DNA of 32,000 nucleotides from Polyangiales bacterium (GTDB lineage: Bacteria; Myxococcota_A; Polyangia; Polyangiales; Polyangiaceae), in assembly GCA_038252755.1 (NCBI GenBank), contig JBBSAB010000066.1:1-32000 (forward strand). The letters run 5' to 3'. The notes beneath the pieces were generated by a model. The model searched no databases, had not been told where the DNA came from, and saw only the letters and a program-made list of their open reading frames with translations. This document shows, in pieces, positions 9,901 through 15,221 of this stretch (positions are counted from its first letter, which is position 1; every line of letters starts with the position of its first letter). Position numbers and translations under genes: made by a program.

Positions 9901-10295
9901 ACGTGCAGCCGCTGTCGTCAGTTGTCATCGATTTTGGCATGGTGCGCGCGATTCGCGTCGCGGCCGAAGCCGGCGGACGCTTCGTCGCCGGCACGGCTGG
10001 TTACATCGCGCCCGAACAAGTGCTCGACCCCGTCGAGCTCGATCCGCGCTCCGACGTCTACGCGCTGGCCGGCACGATCTACAACGTCACCACCGGCCGC
10101 GCCTTCTTCGACGAGCTCGACAACCAACGCGACCGGATCATCGCGCACATGCGCCGCGATCCGTTCGAGTCCGCGGATCGGCTGCAAACCTACCCGCCGG
10201 CGATCGCCAAGCTGCTGCGCGAAGCGACCAGCCTCAACCCCGCCGACCGCCCGAATCCGGTCGAATTCGGCAAGGCTTTCGCCGCCGGGCTGTAA
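6972..10295 (+). CDS. Ser/Thr protein kinase (Hanks type) with ~820-aa N-terminal helical (HEAT/ARM-like) region
   Basis: C-terminal kinase domain (about 9432-10292): GEGGIGSVW (G-loop), FVLKIPK (Lys), HRDIKPANIW, DFG, GTAGYIAPE. The N-terminal 820 aa are Leu/Ala-rich and helical with HEAT-like segments (LLLHPEPLVWIHAARALGRL). No signal peptide or TM segment seen. Confidence 0.9.
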   Translation: MFSPQANDALTVLMQALTQQPELEEHVHERWRSRGSARGEAHSSPLSSEVLAAADALGKALLELAQPGQDISSLSKPFAEPTAPVLLLWCYASTWRRDIQLTPILALAGNQAELRERVAAVASQRVLEGPLNDALAAAPLIGDGDQLALPQNSEARARLEILIWEAGASALEVPGLGRWLFGASSTFEQMVHAPARGALRGRVLAARCLEISVSGMPAMADPELVGRTLQVLQPLLLHPEPLVWIHAARALGRLTGKLEQMEGTLLDWVLGDSAVLRQRAMTAFASLPEERLKFLGGQLIALLDSPTEAVWALGAAAAATPYLFFERRVLWDRLAKRILKGDGGAIAARALARGLATIWRRGHQALDIEQPLLALREMAWGARPSSLDEQRRWIEVTAVTDAVERAERDPLDIELGLENLIRLAAQYDDEEADARAARFASSISATFQEARRIALGTGRLRQRAAAMNALEGCARAFALRLWGPMLATRPAGHPFDQPDLEEAWGLIARAPAEILDLVRSRRQSGGEFDAELQLEVLAVRLGGYALDACGEDAELGRGRGPTAHDTCLWLRKIEGLTDGTRELPASLKSALSALFWRLVDTTRGTSLGEVDDVEWLGPFAAWWALVIDRPATLLQLANALPMMAPGALASCCERADVLRGAISAEAVEGTWGAAVSEALESLHAAKTELAQALGGLADSLASFAVAAGPKPNLEEMCLELVLSADRLQSALADPVKALHPVHEQSAEDARTRSFADNAPRIATLVARAIRARELALLDVWFAALGPIASALLEDAVRAAIKRTPPPPPKTKKPEPKVIEGYELIKAIGEGGIGSVWLVRKPGADRLFVLKIPKADALTSATDVEREGILTSFVEEARVLAGLYHPNVANIIDRGVSDGMPFLVLEYLIGADLKQYSQARHMTLFELRQIVSESCSGLSALHAAGLVHRDIKPANIWLRLPLAGGERFDPHKHRDPGHVQPLSSVVIDFGMVRAIRVAAEAGGRFVAGTAGYIAPEQVLDPVELDPRSDVYALAGTIYNVTTGRAFFDELDNQRDRIIAHMRRDPFESADRLQTYPPAIAKLLREATSLNPADRPNPVEFGKAFAAGL

Positions 10296-10308
10296 ACGCC
10301 GCGCGGCG

Positions 10309-11832
10309 TCAGCGGTACGGCACGTCGCCGGCCGAAGCTGGCGTCTTGTAGTCACCGACGTTGTTGGTGTTGCCGTAGCCAAGCTGGCCGGCGCTGCCGT
10401 CACCCCAGCAGCGGATCCGCGCATCGGCCAAAAGCACGCAGGTGTGAGTCAGCCCGAGCGCGAGCTCGAACACCGCGCCACCCACCTCGACCTTGGGAAC
10501 CGACGCCACGTCGAGCGCGGCGTTGCCGGCAATGTCGCCAGGGCTGCCGGAGCCGAGCTCACCGTGGGTATTGTGGCCCCAGCACTTCAAGTCACCCTTC
10601 GCGCTCAGCGCACACACGTGATGCTCACCGGAGCCGATCGTCTGCACGTCCATGCCAACGTCGATGTCCGGTATCGCATCCGGGTGCGTGTCGTAGTTGA
10701 ACGGGTAGATCGAGCCCCAGCAGCGCAGCTTGCCGCCTTCGAGCAGCGAGCAGTTGTGTTGAGCGCCGGGCGCCGCCTGCAGCACCGGCACGCTGAGCAA
10801 CATGCTGCCGGCGCTGGCCGGTGTTTCGTCATCGCCGATCGTTTCGTGATGCCCGATGCCGAGCTGAGCGGTTTTGTTTTCGCCCCAACACCGCTCCTGT
10901 CCATCCAGCAAGACCGCGCACGTCACCAACGGCCCGACGCCGATCGAACGCGCCAGGCCGCCAAGCTGGATGTCGCCGACGATGTTCGGGTCATCGGTGG
11001 CGCCGACGCTAGGATGGCCTGGGTAACCGAGGAAACCCGCGTAAGCGTCGCGGCCCCAGCAGCGAACCGAGCCCGTTTCGAGCAGCGCGCAGGTGTGTGT
11101 CGTGTTGGCGACCAGGTGGCGCACCTTGGCGCCGACATTGACATCGCCGACGCTGGCTGGCGTCTCGTTATCGCCGACGTTGTACCAGTCGCCGTAGCCG
11201 AGCACGCCGGTTTCACCGTGTGAGCCCCAACAACGCACGTTGCCCGCTTCGAGTAGCGCGCACGTTTGCGTCTCGCCCGCCGCCAGCTCGACGACGCGCC
11301 CGCCAACGTCGATGTTACCCACCGACGCCGGCGTCTCGTCGTCGCCGACGACCGCGGTGTTGACGTAACCCAGCGTGCCCGAGCCCCAGCAGCGCACGTT
11401 GCCGTCGGGCAAGAGCGCGCAGGTGTGGCGAGTACCCGCGACGACTTGCGCCTTCTGCTCACAACGGCCCTCGTCGTTGCACCAATTGTCACCGTCGCAA
11501 GCGCCCGGCGGCTTGCTGTCTTGCTCGCGCAGGACCAAACGGACGCAGCGGCCCGCGGTGCACGATTCACACGGTGCACACGCTTCCTCACAGCTGTCGT
11601 CCGAGCCGCCAGCGCCGCCCGCACCAGCACCGCCCACGCCGCCGATCCCGCCCACCGACACGCTGCCACCAACCACGTCGATGTCGCCAACCTCGCCGCC
11701 CTCGCCGACTTCACCAATGTCGCCGGTCTCGCCGGCCGTCGCGAACCCGGGTCGAGCCGTCTGGCGCGTCCTCCCGCAACCGGCGGCGACCGCGAGCGCA
11801 ACACAACCGATCCAAAGCAGCCGCCCGGTCAC
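10309..11832 (-). CDS. lipoprotein with seven RCC1/BLIP-II-type beta-propeller repeats
   Basis: Lipobox MTGRLLWIGCVALAVAAGC, a G/E/V-rich linker, then a Cys-rich segment (CEEACAPCESCTAGRC, CDGDNWCNDEGRC). Seven repeats follow, each with [VLI][RK]CWG...G.LGYG. The GTG start overlaps the upstream stop (GTGA, 11829-11832). Confidence 0.85.
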   Translation of the reverse strand: MTGRLLWIGCVALAVAAGCGRTRQTARPGFATAGETGDIGEVGEGGEVGDIDVVGGSVSVGGIGGVGGAGAGGAGGSDDSCEEACAPCESCTAGRCVRLVLREQDSKPPGACDGDNWCNDEGRCEQKAQVVAGTRHTCALLPDGNVRCWGSGTLGYVNTAVVGDDETPASVGNIDVGGRVVELAAGETQTCALLEAGNVRCWGSHGETGVLGYGDWYNVGDNETPASVGDVNVGAKVRHLVANTTHTCALLETGSVRCWGRDAYAGFLGYPGHPSVGATDDPNIVGDIQLGGLARSIGVGPLVTCAVLLDGQERCWGENKTAQLGIGHHETIGDDETPASAGSMLLSVPVLQAAPGAQHNCSLLEGGKLRCWGSIYPFNYDTHPDAIPDIDVGMDVQTIGSGEHHVCALSAKGDLKCWGHNTHGELGSGSPGDIAGNAALDVASVPKVEVGGAVFELALGLTHTCVLLADARIRCWGDGSAGQLGYGNTNNVGDYKTPASAGDVPYR

Positions 11833-12461
11833 GCGCTCGGCGCCCCCACCGCTGGCTTCTTCCGAAACCGAATCAAGCGCGCCAGCATCAGGATCACGAA
11901 CGGAACCAGCGTGTTGCGCGTGACGTGAAACTCGCTGTAGTGGTCGCTCTCGACCATGTACACGTGAAGAATCGCGAGCGCGGTCGCGGGATAGACCAGC
12001 CGATGCAACAGCTTCCAGCGTTTGCCGCCGAGCCAGCGCGCCATGCCGTCAGTCGACGTCAACGCCAGCGGCAGCAGCAGCAGCAGCGACGCCCACCCCG
12101 GCTGGCGCGAGCGCTGCAGCCACGCGTCCTCGAGCACGAAGCCGACGTTGAACTTCTGCCCGATCGCGAAGTACGCCATGAAGTGCAGTAGGCAATAGCC
12201 AAACGCCGCTAGCCCGAGCGGCCGCCGCACCGCCACGACCCAAGCCGCGCGCGTCAAGCGCTGCACCGGTGTGCACGCCAACGCCAAAAACAAGAACACG
12301 AACGCCCAACCACCACTAACGTTCACAGCCAGCGAGAACGCCGGAAAGTCGTAGTCACGCAGGAACTTCGGATTGTGCTGATACAGCACGCGAATCAAAT
12401 CGATCGCCGGGAACGTGCACAGAATCGAGACGACGATCTTCGCAACTCGCGGCGGCAGCAC
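11829..12461 (-). CDS. MsrQ/YedZ-like ferric-reductase-type heme b membrane protein
   Basis: 210 aa, collinear with E. coli YedZ (211 aa) as I recall it. The conserved His-bearing helices are present (RRPLGLAAFGYCLLHFMAY and KRWKLLHRLVYPATALAILHVY). About six TM segments. No msrP/yedY-like gene is adjacent. Confidence 0.8.
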   Translation of the reverse strand: MLPPRVAKIVVSILCTFPAIDLIRVLYQHNPKFLRDYDFPAFSLAVNVSGGWAFVFLFLALACTPVQRLTRAAWVVAVRRPLGLAAFGYCLLHFMAYFAIGQKFNVGFVLEDAWLQRSRQPGWASLLLLLPLALTSTDGMARWLGGKRWKLLHRLVYPATALAILHVYMVESDHYSEFHVTRNTLVPFVILMLARLIRFRKKPAVGAPSA

Positions 12462-12575
12462 CCTGCGAGCTTACCTGGCTGGCTGCCAAACCGCAGCTGC
12501 CGTGGGTCACCGGGTCTCCACCAGCTCGAGGCTTCGGGCTCCTATCGTCCTGTGGTCTCGACGCGTGCGAGAATT

Positions 12576-12767
12576 CACAGGGAGATCGGGAGATCGGGAG
12601 TCCTGCGAGGGAACGCATTTTTTGTTTTGGAGGACCAAAACAAAAAATATTTCCTTGGAGCTAAGCAAGCTGCCAGCAGCAGGTGTTTGCTCTGGTGTTT
12701 CGCAGGCGGCAGCGCGAAACCCTGAAATTCACGCTCGCAGGACTCCCGATCTCCCGATCTCCCTGTG
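12576..12767. repeat. 192-bp palindromic element: perfect 34-bp inverted arms around a 124-bp spacer (MITE-like or long RNA hairpin)
   Basis: Left arm CACAGGGAGATCGGGAGATCGGGAGTCCTGCGAG (12576-12609) is the exact reverse complement of the right arm (12734-12767). Each arm contains a tandem GAGATCGG duplication. The element sits in the 383-bp gap between two minus-strand genes. Confidence 0.9.
12617..12648. other. AT-rich perfect hairpin (14-bp stem, AGGA loop) inside the palindromic element
   Basis: ATTTTTTGTTTTGG (12617-12630) is the exact reverse complement of CCAAAACAAAAAAT (12635-12648). This is the most AT-rich stretch I noticed in the window. Function unknown. Confidence 0.6.
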
Positions 12768-12844
12768 AAGATTCAGGAGCCACGACAACACAGACCACGC
12801 CTGACGCGAGGTCGTACCGGCCTGCACCCGTAGGGCGTAGCCCC

Positions 12845-15172
12845 CTACGCTGAAGTTGGGACCGCGGGATCGGCCAACGGCAGCGCGACGAGGCAGCAGC
12901 CGACGCCGAACAGCAAAAGCAGCAGCTCGGCCAGCATCGCCAACGCCTGCTGCGAGGCCATCGTGTGGCCAATCGCGTAGGCAGAGATCATCACCGACAA
13001 CAGCGCGACCTTGGCGGCGAATGTTGCCGTGACGACGGTTCGCGTGAGCCGGTCGCGCAACTGTGCGCGCGCGAGCGCAAGCACGAGCACCAGCGGCAAC
13101 GCCAGCTTGAGGATCACGCCGAGGGCGATCACCTGCCAGAAGTGCTCGTACTGCGCCTCCGGCACCCACTGGAACATGTACGCAAAATCGATTCCGGCGA
13201 GGTGGAAGCCGACCGTCGGCCAAAACGTCAGATAGAAGCCGACCGTCACCGTGAAACCGCTGAGCAGCTTCTGCCCAAAAGGTGTCAGGCCGACGCGCTG
13301 CCAGGCTGCCAGCAAAGCCGCCGTCACCGCCAAGATCGTCTCGAGCGGCGCCAGGTGTGCAGGGTCGGCGCCGTACAGGTGCTCCAGCAACAGCAGTGAA
13401 CCCGCAAACAAGCTCGATGGAGCGCGCTGCCGAGCGAACAGGACGCCCAGCACCAGCGCACCGAACAACGCGGCATAGACCAGGCGCGGCGGCGTTGCGC
13501 CTAGCTCGACCAACTCACAAATCACCAGCAAAACCCCGGCCACCGCGGTGTCGAGCGGCCGCTGGGCAACCCGCGGGAACACCAGCACCCCAAACAAAAT
13601 CAGCTTGGCGGCGAGTAGCGGCAACCAGCTCGAATGCGTGTAGATCGACGCGCTCAGCGCCCAAGCCGCCGCGCCGCCAGTCTCCGGACCGAGCTGCTTT
13701 ACTTGATAGAACGTCACCAGCACCGCCACGGCGAGCACCAGCGCCAGCGTCGGCGGGACCCGTTCCTGCCAGCGCCCCAAGCCGCGTCGCCAATAGTCGA
13801 CGAGTAGGACCGCAATCGCCAGCGCACCCGCCAACACCACCGCTCGGCGCGAGCCGTAATAGTAAGCGGTCGGCAGCAACAGCAAGAACGTCACCAGCAG
13901 CGCGCAGGCGGCAGCCGTCGGAAACCAAGCCGGGCGCGCTCGCAGCTCGAACAATTGGCTCTTGCGCACGAACGTCGCGACCACGCAGCCCAACGCGAGC
14001 GGCACGAGCAGCGACAGGCCTCGCTCCGGACTGTCACCATGGTCGTGCACCAAACTTCGAATCGGGTCGTATTCGAGGCCGACGAGCGCGGCCAAAACGC
14101 TCGCCCCGGCGGCCAACGCAACGAACGGCGCGCGGCGCTCAGCCGACGTTAGCAGCCAAACCCCGCCCACGAACGCCAGCGCGATCCCGAGCATCGACAG
14201 CCAGCGCAGCACCGGTACCTCGGCCGCGCCAGCCGGCGGCGCCTCCAGCTTCGGCAGCCGCCCGCCGAGCGCGGTCGCGACCCAGTCCGGCTGAAAAACT
14301 GAGGCCATCGCTGGTCCTCGGTAGATAGCTTCGGTCGGCACGCCGAGCAGCACGCCGAGCAGCGCGCGATGATCGGTGATGCTGATCGCCGCCTTGAAGC
14401 CCGGCCGAAACGCGGGTCCATGATACAGCGCCCACGTGCGCGAGGCGGTGCCTGGTAAATGACGACCGAGCGCGTCGTGACCGTGATCTCCGAACACGAC
14501 CAGGCTCGTATCGGGCGGCAATGCATCGGCTAGCGCGCCCACCGTGCTGTCCAGGCGGCGGAACACGGCGGCATACTCAGGGCTGTGCACGCCGTGCGCG
14601 TGCGCGGTCATGTCACCGCTGCCCAACGACACCAGCGTCAACGCGGCGTCGTCTTGGCGAGCGGTGCGAACCATTGCGCTGACGAACTCCGGCGTCTCCT
14701 CGTGTTTGGCAAGCGGGCGCTCGATGAACAACGAGCGGCGGTAGGGATGAAAATCGCTGGTGCCGAGCACGCTGACGCGTTCGCCCTTGCCCGCGACGGC
14801 GGACAGCAGGGTCTCGGGCGGGCCCTCCTGACTCGGCCGAAAGTTATCTGCGACGGCGAGCAACGAGGAGTCGTCGTGACCCGTCAAGGCAGCGCGTAGG
14901 CACAGGTACGTGAGCTGATCGCGGCACGGCTCGACGTCGAACGAAACGCCTTCCTTCGCCAAGCGGCTCAAGACCGGCATCTTCTCGGCGTTGGTCGCCA
15001 GATCTCGCGACAGCGAGTCGACGAACACCAACAGCACGCGCGCCGGAGCGTGCTGCTCGACGGCGACTAGCGGCTCACGCCGGACGCCTGGGTCGGAAAC
15101 GCGAGCGGTCGAAACAACCGCGAGCAGCCCGAGCGCCAACGCCAAAACCAGCACCAGCGAGCGCCAACGCAC
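12845..15172 (-). CDS. polytopic membrane protein with N-terminal alkaline-phosphatase-superfamily (type I phosphodiesterase / PigN-like phosphotransferase) domain
   Basis: 775 aa with an N-terminal TM or signal segment. A ~300-aa domain follows with AP-superfamily metal and nucleophile motifs: VLLVFVDSLSRD, QLTYLCLRAALTG, GSGDMTAHAHG, VVFGDHGHD. After that come roughly 14-16 hydrophobic helices. GTG start. Confidence 0.8.
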   Translation of the reverse strand: MRWRSLVLVLALALGLLAVVSTARVSDPGVRREPLVAVEQHAPARVLLVFVDSLSRDLATNAEKMPVLSRLAKEGVSFDVEPCRDQLTYLCLRAALTGHDDSSLLAVADNFRPSQEGPPETLLSAVAGKGERVSVLGTSDFHPYRRSLFIERPLAKHEETPEFVSAMVRTARQDDAALTLVSLGSGDMTAHAHGVHSPEYAAVFRRLDSTVGALADALPPDTSLVVFGDHGHDALGRHLPGTASRTWALYHGPAFRPGFKAAISITDHRALLGVLLGVPTEAIYRGPAMASVFQPDWVATALGGRLPKLEAPPAGAAEVPVLRWLSMLGIALAFVGGVWLLTSAERRAPFVALAAGASVLAALVGLEYDPIRSLVHDHGDSPERGLSLLVPLALGCVVATFVRKSQLFELRARPAWFPTAAACALLVTFLLLLPTAYYYGSRRAVVLAGALAIAVLLVDYWRRGLGRWQERVPPTLALVLAVAVLVTFYQVKQLGPETGGAAAWALSASIYTHSSWLPLLAAKLILFGVLVFPRVAQRPLDTAVAGVLLVICELVELGATPPRLVYAALFGALVLGVLFARQRAPSSLFAGSLLLLEHLYGADPAHLAPLETILAVTAALLAAWQRVGLTPFGQKLLSGFTVTVGFYLTFWPTVGFHLAGIDFAYMFQWVPEAQYEHFWQVIALGVILKLALPLVLVLALARAQLRDRLTRTVVTATFAAKVALLSVMISAYAIGHTMASQQALAMLAELLLLLFGVGCCLVALPLADPAVPTSA

Positions 15173-15221
15173 GCGGTCTTATATTCACAATCGTCACGGA
15201 ATAGCGACAATTTGTGACGTT
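15173..15221 (-). promoter_or_regulatory. AT-rich 49-bp spacer with short inverted repeats between polB and the membrane phosphotransferase gene
   Basis: The minus-strand reading ACGTCACAAATTGTCGCTATTCCGTGACGATTGTGAATAT contains CGTCAC/GTGACG and TCACAA/TTGTGA inverted pairs and a repeated ATTGT. GC is far below the flanking genes. Any role as promoter or operator is inferred. Confidence 0.3.

Noticed and set aside
9922-11223. 433-aa plus-strand ORF antisense to the RCC1 lipoprotein gene and overlapping the kinase 3' end
   Set aside because: Junk-like Arg/Ala/Pro composition. The opposite strand encodes seven clean RCC1 repeats.
12581-12600. Tandem GAGATCGG GAGATCGG, considered as a CRISPR or other direct-repeat array
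   Set aside because: There are only two adjacent 8-bp copies per arm with no spacers. They are part of the inverted-repeat arms, not an array.
13282-14328. 348-aa plus-strand ORF antisense to the PigN-like membrane protein gene
   Set aside because: Pro/Arg/Ala-rich low-complexity translation. The minus-strand frame has coherent TM helices and catalytic motifs.
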